Below, piece after piece: positions 40,469 through 54,126 of a stretch of 64,000 nucleotides of DNA. A program made the translations under genes and the position numbers. Below the pieces are notes generated by a model. It made no database searches and had not been told where the DNA came from. It worked only from the letters and a program-made list of their open reading frames with translations. Source of the stretch: Podarcis vaucheri. Its lineage: Eukaryota. The stretch lies in assembly GCA_965113315.1 (NCBI GenBank), contig OZ220364.1; one strand, written 5' to 3'. Numbering within the stretch: the first letter of the stretch is position 1; each line of letters starts with the position of its first letter.

Positions 40469-43400
40469 CTGGAACAGGTAAGGCAAGAAACATTAGCTTT
40501 CATGAACTAGACATGAAAACCCAGTAACGTCTGGACTGTGATCTGACTATTCTATCCCTCTTTGCAGCCTTGCAAACAACTTTATAATTAGGGAAGCTTT
40601 TGTTTAGGGAAGCTTTTAATGTTTGATGTATTACAGTATTTTAATATTTTTTGGGAAGCCACCCAGAGTGGCTGGGGAAGCCCAGCCAGATGGGGGGGGG
40701 TTATAATAATAAATTATTATTATATAGTATTATATTATTAGGCCAGCAAGAAATCAGCATTAGTTAATCGGTCCAATTTTTATTATTTCTTTATTTAATT
40801 TTTTTAAGCTTTCCATTTTATACCAATTAAAACCAAAGAAGAAGCCAAATACAGATGCCAAATTATATATATTTTTGGCATCTGTATTTGGCTCCTGCAG
40901 CCAATCGGAAGCCACGCCTTGGTTTTTGAATGGTTTCGGGAGTAAAACGGACTCCTGGGACAGATTAAGTTTGAGAACCAAGGTTCCACTGAATTTGTTC
41001 TCAAGAGCCCTACCCTTTGCTCCACAATGCGTTGATTTCCTGAAGTAACTATAAATTTCCAGACTGCTAGCCATGCTAAGTCTCTTGGAGTCCTGCAGTA
41101 CCCTAATGACGAATACATTTATTAAGGCATAAACTTCTGTGGACACAGTCCTGCTTTGTCACGATGCACAAAGTGAAATGTTAGTTGGCAGGTAAATAAT
41201 GGGGGAAACTGTAAGGGGGGGGTGTTTGAATGCCAATGAGATGCAAAAATGAAAGTCAGCGATAATTAAATGTGTGTTAAATAGGCACACTTTCTGCTGA
41301 GGCTATCAGCAACCAGGGAGACCTCCTCCATCATGATCCAGAGAGCCGCTGCTATGGATATAAAGCTAAGTTATACAGTGGTACCTCAGGTTACATACGC
41401 TTCAGGTTACAGACTCCGCTAACCCAGAAATAGTGCTTCAGGTTAAGAACTTTGCTTCAGGATGAGAACAGAAATCGTGCTCCGGCGGCGCGGCAGCAGC
41501 AGGAGGCCCCATTGGCTAAAGTGATGCTTCAGGTTAAAAACACCCGTTTCAGGTTAAGAACGGACCTCCGGAACGAATTAAGTACTTAACCTGAGGTACT
41601 ACTGTACTGTATTTCAGGCATAGGCAAACTCGGCCCTCCAGATGTTTTGGGACTACAATTCCCATCATCCCTGACCACTGGTCCTGTTAGCTAGGGATGA
41701 TGGGAGTTGTAGTCCCAAAACAGCTGGAGGGCCGAGTTTGCCTGTGCCTTTTGTATTTGAATGAAGCTGCCTTGGGAGAAGGTTGCGCCCTTAAGAGAGA
41801 CTTATAAATTTCCAGTTGCTGTTTGGAGGTCACCAGGTTGGGCGATAGCTCCCAGATTCTTGAAGCTTCACCTTCATAAGCAGGATATAAATTTTACGAA
41901 ATAAAAATAAAACAAATAAGTTCTAAAAATAAAGAAATTCACAGTTCTAAGGTTTTATATAGTTCTGGAATTTGTAGACTATATTAGAGGACAGAAGAGG
42001 GCAAAATCTGGGATAAATCAGATTATTTTTCATTTTAAAAAAGTTGTGCAAGTGAATTCTTGGGCAACTCACCGTTGGTGCTCACGCAAACTGCTTTATC
42101 TCTCTGCAGGGAATCAGCGCCATTCTGCTGCGCCACACAAACACCGATACTGTCTTTTTTGTCCGGCTGACCGACTGTTTCAATTCTGAGGAGAAAGTTG
42201 GGTGCATTTTGTGCTATTAATATAAATTGTATCAGTTTTCATCAATGACAATGCACCTTTCTTATGGTATCACCCACACCCTGAAAATTATGGCAACAAT
42301 GTTGACGTTGACATTTGCCTCAGTTCAGCGGCAGTAAATTGGTAGAGGAAACTTTACAGTGGTGCCCCGCAAGACAAATGCCTCGCAAGACGGAAAACTC
42401 GCTAGACGAAAGAGTTTCCCGTTTTGGAGGTGCTTCGCAAAACGAATCTCCTATGGGCTTGCTTTGCAAGACGACAATGTCTTGCAAGTTCCTGCTGTTC
42501 CCCCCCTTTTTTCTAAGCCGCTAAGCCGCTTATCAGCTGATCCGATCAGCAGATAAGCCGCTAAAAGCAGCTAAAAGCCGCTAATAGCGCTAAGCCGCTT
42601 ATCAGCTGATCTGATCAGCAGATAAGCCGCTAAAAGCCGCTAATAGCGCTAAGCCGCTTATCAGCTGATCTGATCAGCAGATAAGCCGCTAAAAGCCGCT
42701 AATAGCGCTAAGCCGCTGATCCGATCAGCAGATAAGCCGCTAAAAGCCTCTAATAGCCTCTAATAGCGCTAATAGCGCTAATCCGCTAATCCTTCAATGG
42801 GCTTGCTTCGCAAGACGGAAAAAAACCGCTAGACGAAGAGAATCACAGAACGGATTCTTTTCGTCTTGCGAGGCACCACTGTATTGCTGAATCTGTGGCT
42901 CGTTGGAATGGCTGCCTCTTTGTTAAAGTGGAGCAAACTAAAGCAAAAAAAAACCCAATTCATAAAATCTCTCTAGGTGAGGGTTTGCTCGTTCATTCTC
43001 AGCACATGGAGCCACACTATGTGCAACTCATTCAGCACTGAAGTAAACTGGCAAAACTGCGACAGCTCAGGGTGTAAGCTGATCGAATGGATTCATGGGT
43101 CATGTACCATTTTGGATATAGGCACATCTAAGAATGTTGAACCATCACACAGATAAAGAGATGACATTCAAAGTGCTGAGGGATCACATTAGGAAAGAGA
43201 CACAAATTATTATTACTTATTAATTAATTAAATTAAATTTTGTATACTGCCCTATTAAAAAAAAAAGATAAAGGACCCCTGGACGGTTAAGTCCAGTCAA
43301 AGGCGACTATGGGATTGTGGCACTCATCTCGCTTTCAGGCTGAGGGAGCCGGCATTTTTCCACAAACAGCTTTCCGGGTCATGTGGCCAGCATGACTAAA

Positions 43401-46400
43401 CCACTTCTGGTGCAATGGAACACCGTGACGGAAACCAGAGCGCACGGAAATGCCGTTTACCTTCCTGCCGCAGCAGTACTTATTCATCTACTTACACTTT
43501 TGGCGCACTTTCGAACTGCTAGGTTGGCAGGAACTGGGGCAGTGCAATGGAAGCACACCCTGTCATGGGGATTTGAATCGCTGACCTTCTGATCGGCAAG
43601 CCCAAGAGGCTCAGTGGTTTAGACAACAACGCCACCCGTATCCCATGAACCCTATATACTATATCCGCAGGTCTTAGAGTGGTTCTCAGGATAAAATGAC
43701 GATATAAAAACACAAAATACATACTCAAAACAAAAACAACCCAATATTTGGCCACATCATGTTCCTAGACCCCCCAGGCAAACAACCACAGGTGCTTTTT
43801 TAAATATTCTAGTATTCTTACAGTTTTAGACAGTTTCTTTTTTATTTTATGAAAAATGTTTTTCAAGTTTTAATTAGTCTAGTATTCATTCTGATTCAAG
43901 TTAAATAACCCATTTATCTTCCCATTTCATCAAGGCGTCATACGCACTGCTATGTGAAAACAATGCATTATCCTTGTTCAGGGGGTTATTAATGGGGAAG
44001 ACATCATTCTTTTTCCCCTTTCAAAAAAATCCCCACCATTCATGGAATATTATCTGCCTGACCAATGAGACAAAACACCTGCAGATTGGACCTATGCAAG
44101 AAGAGGAGCACATTTACAGCCCTGCTTCTTGCTGGTTAATCATACCAGTGAAGTCGTAGACACTGATCATAGTGGCAGACATAAAAGAAAACACACCAGT
44201 TATTTTAGAGATGACGCAATTTCCTATAGCCAGCAATGAAAGCAAACTGGATATGGAACATGTGTTGAGAGATAAGTATCGCTTGAAATTTTCAGGAGGA
44301 AATTACATTTGTTTTGCTTGCTTTTTTTTTTTTTTAAAGAACAGGTTGGGTAATAATGAGACGCCTGTCAAGACATTTTGAGTACAGCTCAAATTTGTAG
44401 CCATATTGCACTGCGAATACTCCCACCAAGCCTTCCTGTCTCCCAAGAGCCAAAAACGTGCATTGCAAAATGGGGGGCAGCATAGGGAAAACCTAAATCT
44501 CTTCCATCTGGAAGCAATCTAGCTCTCTTTGGAAAAGTAAACCCGAGAATTACAATCAGATTTTGTCAGCCAATGTTGTTGGTTTTTGTAATGGTTGTTT
44601 TTTTAAAAATACTATTTTAAACTTCTGCAACTATTTATAGCCATTGGCTCAGAGAGGTGCTTAAACCAGACAGCATTGTCTACTCTTGCAGAAGCTCTCT
44701 AGGATCTAACGCAGGCAGAGAAGAGTTTTTTTCTAATTACCTGTTCCTTTTAACTGGAGATGCTGGGAGCTTCTGCATGGGAGGCATACGATCTACGACT
44801 GACCTATGGTTTCTTCCCAAGTTGTGGGGAGGGGCAGGCAGGGAGAAACTATGGACCCAACAGCATTTCATTCAGTTAATTAACTACTCGCACACGAAAC
44901 GCTACTGTGTTTGGGGAATGATGGCTCTAGAAACTGAATAAAAAAATTCCTTCCAGTAGCACCTTAAAGACCAACTATGTTAGTTCTTGGTATGAGCTTT
45001 CGTGTGCATGCACACTTCTTCAGATACACTGAAACAGAAGTTGCCAGATCCTTCTATATAGTGAGAAGGTGGGGAGGGGTGTTACTCAGAAGGGTGGTGG
45101 GAATGGGAGATTGGCAGATAGCTGAGATGAGCCTGTTGACAACTCTTAACGACTGCAATAGGTCTTACAGGAAAAGGCAAGGGGTGAGAAGGTGAAAAAT
45201 GGCTTAGTCATGTATAATGAGATAAGAATCCAATGTCTTTGTTCAGACCAGGTCTCTCCATGGTTTTAAGTTTGGTAATGAGTTGCAATTCAGCAGCTTC
45301 TCTTTCCAGTCAATTTCTGAAATTCCTTTGTAGTAAAACAGCTACTTTGAGATCTTGTATAGAATGTCCTGGGAGATTGAAGTGTTCCCCTACTGGTTTC
45401 TCTGTTTTGTGATTCTTGATGTCAGATTTATGTCCGTTTATTCTTTGGCGTAGGGTTTGGCCTGTTTGTCCAATATAGAGAGCTGAAGGACACTGTTGGC
45501 ATTTGATGGCATACACAATGTTAGACGATGAGCAATTAAAGAGTCCCGAGATGGTATGTGTGATGTTGTTGGGGCCAGTAATGGTGTTGTCCGGGTGTAT
45601 GTGGCAGCAAAGTTGGCATCTGGGTTTATTGCAGGCTCTGGTGCCAGTGTCCGTGTTAAGTCTGGTTGTAGTATTATTGTGGGTTAGGAGTTGTTTAAGG
45701 TTGGGTGGCTGTCTGTAGGCAATGAAAGGTCTTCCTCCCAGAGCTTGAGAAAGAGAACTGTCATTGTCCAGGAGAGGTTGTAACTAGAAACTGAGTTGAT
45801 GTCAAAGAGCCGGCCGGCAATAAATCACACCATTCTAACTTAACCCTTTATTAGCAAAAACACAATCTTCACATTTCACCCTTGGCTGAGTGTCAAGCCA
45901 AAGGAGCACAGCAGCTCATCTCATCCCCAGTAGGCCTTGCCCCATGATTCAGTTGCCGAGGCTGAAAGTCCCCACAGCCATCCAAGTCACCTCCTCTCCA
46001 GGGCTTTCCGTCAAGCAATCAGAGACTGCGCCTACATGCTGTCGCTCCACCTGTTTCAGTCCTCTTCTGGTTCTGGGATACCAGCAGGGAGGGAAGCTTG
46101 TCAAAGCAAGAGTGGGAGACCCCTGTGTCTCACCATCCTGACCCAGCGCTGCCTTTTGGCCTCCCTCCTCCTAGTCTCCTGCTTCAGCAGCTGCCTCTGA
46201 TTCTGGACTTCTCTCAGTCACTGATTCTCCCAGCTCACTAAGCCCTGTTACCTCTTCCTAGTCTTTCCCCTCTTCTCCCTCTGACCACTCATTAATGTCC
46301 TACCCCCACTCCTGGGCTCTGAGCCTTCTTCCCTTGATGGTTCCCCAGCTGACGCCTCCCACCATTCCTCTGAGTCCATGACAGGTAAACGCACCAGTCC

Positions 46401-49400
46401 ATGACGGAGGAACAGCGGGGGCTGCAAAATGACTGACACCACCCTGAAGAAAGACCTCTGTGAAAGCAATGCCTGAGTCAAGAGACGCATCCGTGGAGGA
46501 ATAATAAAAAAGAGTGAGCCTTGTGGGTGAAAGAGCTCTGAGGCAGCGTGTGGTTTGAAAACATTTCTGTCCCATTTTTCTGTTTAAAAAGCATCCAGGG
46601 ACGCTCGCGGCAGCAAAATGCATTTTAAAAACAGCCCTCTCCTACTCCCACTGAAAGGAAGGAACAGTACGCAGAGAGGGAAAACACATAAATGAGGGGA
46701 AAGAAAATGAATCCATTAACGCCCTTAGGAAATGAAAAGATTACTACAGTGGTACCTCTGGTTACAGACGCTTCAGGTTACATACGCTTCAGGTTACAGA
46801 CTCCGCTAACCCAGAAATATTACCTCGGGTTAAGAACTTCGCTTCAGGATGAGAACAGAATTCGTGCTCCGGCGGCGCGGCGGCAGCAGGAGGCCCCATT
46901 AGCTAAAGTGGTGCTCCAGGTTAAGAGTAGTTTCAGGTTAAGAACGGACCTCCGGAACGAATTAAGTTCTTAACCCGAGGTACCACTGTATTAAAAATTT
47001 AACCTGGAACAGTCTAAATCTGTGAGATGGGCGTCCACAAGAGAACATGAGCAAACCGACTCTTCTGCAGTGGCTCCACAACTTTGGAACTCCCTGGTAC
47101 TAGAGCTGCGGGAGGCAGCTGCACTTCAGCCTTGTTGCAGTGCCTTAAAGACTCATTGGTTTTCACTGGCCTCCCCACAGCAATTTTTTGTCTCGCTCAC
47201 TGGATGGAGGCAGGAATCTCGTTATGCTGTTGAAGTTCTGAGCCTGTTTTATTCTTGGCTTTAGTAGTAACTGGTATTTTATACCTACAGTGTTTAACGG
47301 TTGCTTCATTTTTAAGGTTGTTAGGCCGAAGAATCGATGCTTTTGAATTATGGTGCTGGAGGAGACTCTTGAGAGTCCCATGGACTGCAAGAAGATCAAA
47401 CCTCTCCATTCTGAAGAAAATCAGCCCTGAGTGCTCACTGGAAGGACAGATGCTGGAGCTGAGGCTCCAATACTTTGGCCACCTCATGAGAAGAGAAGAC
47501 TCTCTGGAAAAGACCCTGATGTTGGGACAGATGGAGGGCACAAGGAGAAGGGGATGACAGAGGACGAGATGGTTCGACAGTGTTCTCAAAGCTACCAGCA
47601 TGAGTTTGCCCAAACTGCGGGAGGCAGTGGAAGACAGGAGTGCCTGGCATGCTCCGGTCCATGGGGTCACAAAGAGTCGGACACGACTAAACAACAACAA
47701 CAATTATTTTAAAAACGAAAGAAAAACGACACCCCACCTTTCTCTGATCGTGGAACTCAAAGCAAAGCTATGCGGGGTTCTGAGATGATGGCCCATTCAG
47801 GCGCTGAACAGACCTAGACTAAGCTCAGCTCCAGCAAGGCGGCTGCATTATGTGCTCTCAGGGGGTGGGAATGTGGACACTCTGATGGAAAGCCAAGAGG
47901 GGAGGAGGGCAGCCACACCCAGGTTCGAGACCTGGGTGCAGCAGCCAAGTAGGTCCACTCCTGCGTCCCCTAGCTGGAGAAGGCAGGAGGATGCAATGTA
48001 GGGCCTCTGCCAATAGCTTACCAGGGCCATGTGGAGCTGGTTAGAGCGAGTGGGAAGCCTATTGAATGAGGCTTCCTAAAGCTAAGCATCTGTGTAATCA
48101 GAGACTAAGTCTCTTACCCTACTAATAGCAACTGGCACCAGGGCAGTTCCACAGGGTCCCTTCCTTGGCCCAAACAGCATTGCCCTGGGGACAGGAGCAG
48201 TGCCAAGATTTCTAACATCATTGTCCCAAATTAGAAAGTTTAAGTCTGAAAGCCAACGTTGCCTGAGCAGCCTCCTCCCGCTGGGAGGTTCCGCTGAAGT
48301 CAGCCATCCGTAGCATAGTGGGATCTATAATTAAGGGGGAGGTGGCAAATATTGGACACAAATGAACCAGCAACTGCAGCTGGAATCTTTGCAACGGCTC
48401 CAGCGGAACGAGCGAGCTCCTCTGCCAAGGGAGGAAATAATGAGATAAGGGATCACTCAGGACAATTTAGGGCACAGTGGGCTTCAAATATCTTTGAATT
48501 AAGACTGATGGCTGGGTGGGTATGGTCCGTCTTGGAATCTAATGAAAGAAGAACGAGGAGAAAAGCTGGACTGCAGATGCCCCACCTCTGCTCTGCCCCC
48601 AGTCTGCATCACTATTTAAGAGAAGCAGCAGTGTCAGGGATCTCTGAGGGTCAGCAGCGTGCAACCCCTTATTCACGCCAACCCTTGGCCAGTGTTCAAA
48701 ATTAGCCAAGCGCCAGGCGCATTTTGCACCTAACTAGCGGCCACTTGTGACCAAGTAAAGATGCTTGGGGATCAGGATGGCACCTTACCTCTCCACCATT
48801 TGGAGGTGCATGCCTGGGGATCCTTGGATCTTGACTGTTTTCACACACTAATACTGCATGCTGTAGAATTCTACCAGTTATATTTTATCTGCACAATCGG
48901 AATGAATTTCAGGAACCAAAATGCAGCCTGAGCAGGAGCTGTGAACAACGTTTATATTTAATTGTTGTAGTGTGTCTTCACTGATCGCCAAAGAATTGAT
49001 GCTTTTGAATTATGGTGCTGGAGGAGACTCTTGAGAGTCCCACGGACTGCAAGAAGATCAAACCTATCCATTCTGAAGGAAATCAGCCCTGAGTGCTCAC
49101 AAGAAGGACAGATCCTGAAGCTGAGGCTCCAATACTTTGGCCCCCTCATGAGAAGAGAAGACTCCCTGGAAAAGACCCTGATGTTGGGAAAGATGGAGGG
49201 CACAAGGAGAAGGGGACGACAGAGGATGAGATGGCTGGATACTGTTCTCAAAGCTACCAGCATGAGTTTGACCAAACTGCGGGAGGCAGTGGAAGACAGA
49301 AGTGCCTGGCGTGCTCTGGTCCATGGAGTCACGAAGAGTCGGACACGACTAAACAACTAAACAACAACAGCGTGTCTTCACTTACCCCACCCTACTGCCC

Positions 49401-51449
49401 CACTTACAGTTGTGAAGAGTATTCTCACATTATGAATGATCCATGTCACCGTTAAGAAAAAGTGGTTGGAACAGGCCAGTGTATATATATATGTGGACTG
49501 TCCCTGGATAAAGTTATTTTTCTTCTTTGAGTCCTCAAAGTTCTTAACCTAGCTCAAGGCTGTCATCTGATCTAGCCAGATGTTTAACTGAGAATCAATC
49601 AGTCAGTCCATCATTTGGAAAAGAAAAGAAAAAGACTTTTAGAGCCATCTTGCCCCCCCCCCAAAGCAACTAGACATTCCAATTTGGCAACTGTAACCTT
49701 GGTTTAAGGAGACACATGGTGCCTAGATTATATATCTTGAGTTTCTAACACTGCCCTTGGTGCTACAGGTTTGCCCCTTTTGTGCTCAAGGAATGCTGGG
49801 TAAAATAAGGCAACAGTTAGGAATGCTGGGTAAAATCAGACAATGCGTCAAACTGAGTCAAGACAACAGGTGGCCAGATCTCTCAAGGACATAGCTGTCA
49901 ACTTACAGATCTGAAAATAAGGGACCAGCAGCCTCGAAAATAAGGGATCCGCAGCCAAAATAAGGGATTTTTTGAACACGGGTATGCACTTCTGAGCCCC
50001 TCCAAACCAAAGGCAGAAAGCCCAGCCAGCAGCCAAACAAAGCCTCAAGCGGTGGTTCCCACAGTGCAGCAACTCGGCAAAGGGGATGCAGCAGGAAAAC
50101 CACCGTCACCTCTCCGCTGGGAAGCGCTGAGCAAAGACGAGTCCCCCGGCAACGCGGCCGATTTGATCGGCACAAGGCATGCAAGCTCCACCCCCCAGTC
50201 GTTCTTAGACTCCTTATTGGGTGAGCAACGCAGCCAAGCAACACAGTTGGAGCCTCTCTCCTCCCTGGCCAGCAAGGAGGGAGGGAGAGGAGCTGCTTCC
50301 TTTGAAACCCGGGAAATTTAAGGGACATCATCAATAAGGGACAGCAGCGGGACACAGCGCTGGGATAAGGGAGTTTCTCGCCAACTAAGGGACGGTTGAC
50401 AGCTATGCTCAAGGAAGAAAGAAACAAATGCAAGCACACACACAAAATCCTGCTGGGGAAAACATGCTGTGGCACGTTAGCTAAGCAAAATGACTTACCG
50501 GAATGTCAATGTCTGACCGCAATAGTAGGTTGGAGCCCTGGAGTACAGCACCCCGCCCACTTGTGAATCATTTCGAAGCGCAATGTTTCTTCGGCTGCTT
50601 AAGCTGTAGCCTTCAAAGCCAGGCGTCCATTCTAACAAAGGAAGGGCAAACAGGAACTAGCACGCACGTGCGCATCACTTGGAGGTGCAAGATTGCTGTG
50701 CGATGCAACACAGCCTTCCCAGGATGTTGCTCACCACCTGGGAAAAGAGGGGCTGCAGCTCTCATGTTTAGAGAACGTTTGTCTGCACTCCAAAATGGGA
50801 AAACTGCATTATTTTGAAATTGGCGGCGGCGGGGGGGGACAGGACTCCACACCAGCAGCATTACAAAGATGACAAGTCTCTGTTCCTAAACACATCTACA
50901 TCCGGACCCAAATCCGTCCACTCACAGAGAAGTCCCGCTGGAATCAATGCCTAAGGGCAGGATCCAACTGAGTCCTCTGCAAGTCCTTGCATCAATTGGG
51001 CATCAAGATGGTAATTATATTAATAATGACCTGAAAGACCTATGTTGGCTCCCAGTACATTTCCAAGCACAATTCAAAGTGTTGGTGCTGACTTTTAAAG
51101 CCCTAAACGGCCTCGGTCCAGTATACCTGAAGGAGCGTCTCCACCCCCATCGTTCAGCCCAAGCACTGAGGTCCAGCTCCGATGGCCTTCTGGCGGTTCC
51201 CTCACTGCAAGAAGTCAGGTTACAGGGAACCAGGCAGAGGGCCTTCTCGGTAGTGGCGCCCACCCTGTGGAACGCCCTCCCATCAGATGTCAAGGAAATA
51301 AACAACTATCTGACTTTTAGAAGACATCTGAAGGCAGCCCTATTTCGGGAAGTTTTTAATGTCTGGTGTTTTATTATGTTTCTGTATATGCTGGAAGCCG
51401 CCCAGAGTGGCTGGCGCAATCTAATCAGATGGGCGGGATACATATAGTA

Positions 51450-51492
<43 letters not shown>

Positions 51493-52801
51493 GCGAAGAA
51501 TAATACCGTGGGGCACCAAGGTGGAACGACCAGTCTGAGAAACACTCCACGGGCTCCATTCTTGGCGGCCATCTCCTCGTGCACAAACCCTGAACTGGTA
51601 ATCAACATTGGGATCAATATGGAGCACTATGAATTCTGTGTCCGAGCCGACATACACATCTTCAAAGTGGCTGGCCGTACTCTTACGATACTGAAGCCTG
51701 TAATCTTGTGGCACAAAGTCCTCATCGACCTGAAACAGAGCCCAGTTATTGGATACACACTGCCTTTAATCTTCCTCCAATTCACCTATCTTGCTAGCTC
51801 TCCAAAGTGCAACGTTGTCAAGGTAATATTGCAAAGCAGCAACACGTTATTTTTGCTGGCTCAGGGTCACACGGGTCAGGAAGTCCTGAAGAAACCTCTC
51901 CCAAGGGGAAGGAGGGCAACACAAGCTCTCCTATCACAGCAGCGAAAGGAGAAAAATCTCAGCGGTAACTGCATTCTGCAGCAAATAAATAAATGAAAAT
52001 TTGGGTGCCTAGAAAGTTCAATTGTGTGTTCTGAATAAAATAATGTACAGATAATTTTGCAAACTGATGTTCGATTTGCAAAAGGGACTTAGCTTGCATG
52101 TTTCATTTGAACTCACTCTTTGTAATTTTTGTGGAAAGAAAAAGAAACAGGTATGGGGGCTCCAAGAACCAGTTTAGACAAGCATGCCACTGAACTTTAA
52201 ACTATCTGATCCAACTGTTTTAATTGTATTTTGAGTCGGTTTAATTGCTATGCTTCTGAAAGGGCTGGTTTTTACTGTATGGTTTTTAATGATTTATTGA
52301 GGGCATTGTTTTATTGTGAAATTTAATTATGTTGTGTTTTTAAAACACAAAACAAAACAAGTAATTTATTTTATACTGCTTAGAAGTTATTTTGACATGC
52401 AAATGGCATATAAGTAAATAAACAAACAACCTGTGAAGTTTCAGAAGGAAAAGGACGGAACAAAGGAGAATGGCAGTCAAGAATGGCAAGAAATCGCAAG
52501 GAAGGGAAAAGGAAGCCATGCAGACCACCAAAGTCTCCCTTGAACACTGGAGTTTCATTGACTGCAGCATAAATCCTGTCGGAAGCAAAGAAGACCAGGA
52601 AGAAGCTGGTGACATGATGGTCCTATTTTATTACTGCATTGACTATCCTTATGGAGTTGTGTTTTCTTTAACGGGTTGTTGAGGGTGGTTACTATTGTAT
52701 TGCATTTGTATCCTGCTCTCCTATACAGCAATGTTATGTGTAATGTTCCTAACCTTGGCCTAAAGACGCAATAAAATAATAATAATAATAATAATAATAA
52801 C

Positions 52802-52847
<46 letters not shown>

Positions 52848-54083
52848 TAATTTAAATAAATCAATATGTGAACATTGTAGCAGTTTGCAATCATTAGCGA
52901 GATATCTGTCTTCACTCACTATGTAGGCTGGCTACTTCTTTTTTTTAAAGCAAAAAGTTATCCAAAAATGCACTGCATATCTGTTTAGGGAACCATCTCA
53001 AAGTAGGTATTTGTAAGCCACACAATCATGGAGTTAAAAACTGCTACTTGTAATATGAATTCATGAGAAAGTCTTTAATTTGTGGAGAAGCTTCCTGAGT
53101 CTATGAAATATGAAGCAATGAAATATACTGTAATTTCAAAAGGGGAATAATTTGGGTCAATGCAGAGAGAGGAAGGCATCTTTTCTGTACCCTTCTTCTT
53201 GATTTTGCTTATAGATGCTGCAAGTTAATTTTGGTTTTGCAAAGAACTTCAAGAAGTCTGCAGAAACTGTCTAAAACATTCCAAGGCAAAGCAGAAAAAG
53301 ACAGATTTTTAAAAACATGGAACGCAAAAAATATTATAGCCAGCTAAGGCTGCAATCCTACACCCCACTTACCCTGGAGTAAGGCCCCCCCCCGAATTCA
53401 ACAGGACTTACTCCTGAGTATACCTGGTTAGGATTGGACTTTCAGTCTATGAGGTCAGAGTAACTGCAAACTGTCTTGCCTGAGAATCAAGAATCACAAA
53501 CTGTCTTAAAGGTAAAGGGACCCCTGACCATTAGGTCCAGTCGCAGACGACTCTGTGGTTGCGGCGCTCATCTCGCTTTACTGGCTGGTCATGTGGCCAG
53601 CATGACTAAGCTGCTTCTGACAAACCAGAGCAGAGCAAGGAAACACCATTTACCTTCCCGCCGGAGTGGTACCTATTTATCTACTTGCACTTTGTGTGCT
53701 TTCGAACTGTAGGTTGGCAGGAGCAGGGACCGAGCAACGGGAGCTCACCCTGTCGCAGGGATTCGAACCGCCGACCTTCTGATCGGCAAGCCCTAGGTTC
53801 TGTGGTCGAACCCACAGTGCCACCCGCTTAAATGAAAGTGATTAAAGCACAAACAAAAAGAAAGTCTTGGAGACTGATCTTGAAAAGGCTCTTTTCCACC
53901 CACCTTGCACCACTTAACAATGATGCCCCCAGGCTTCTCAATCAGTTCTTCTATCTGTATTGGTGGTCGAGATGCTACTGCCCCATGGTTAAAGATCTGA
54001 TTTCTCACTACTGTAAGGAGAGAGTCATCCAACTGGGCAGATAAACAAGGCACATCAACCAAGGATGGTACTTCTGGCAAACT

Positions 54084-54126
<43 letters not shown>

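Noticed and set aside
42514-42790. CRISPR-like palindromic repeats
   Set aside because: No unique spacers, no cas genes, eukaryotic intron, enclosed by MITE TIRs
51306-51714. Poly-Tyr and poly-Ile ORFs
   Set aside because: Translations of the (AAT)n L2 tail beyond the exon-5 donor
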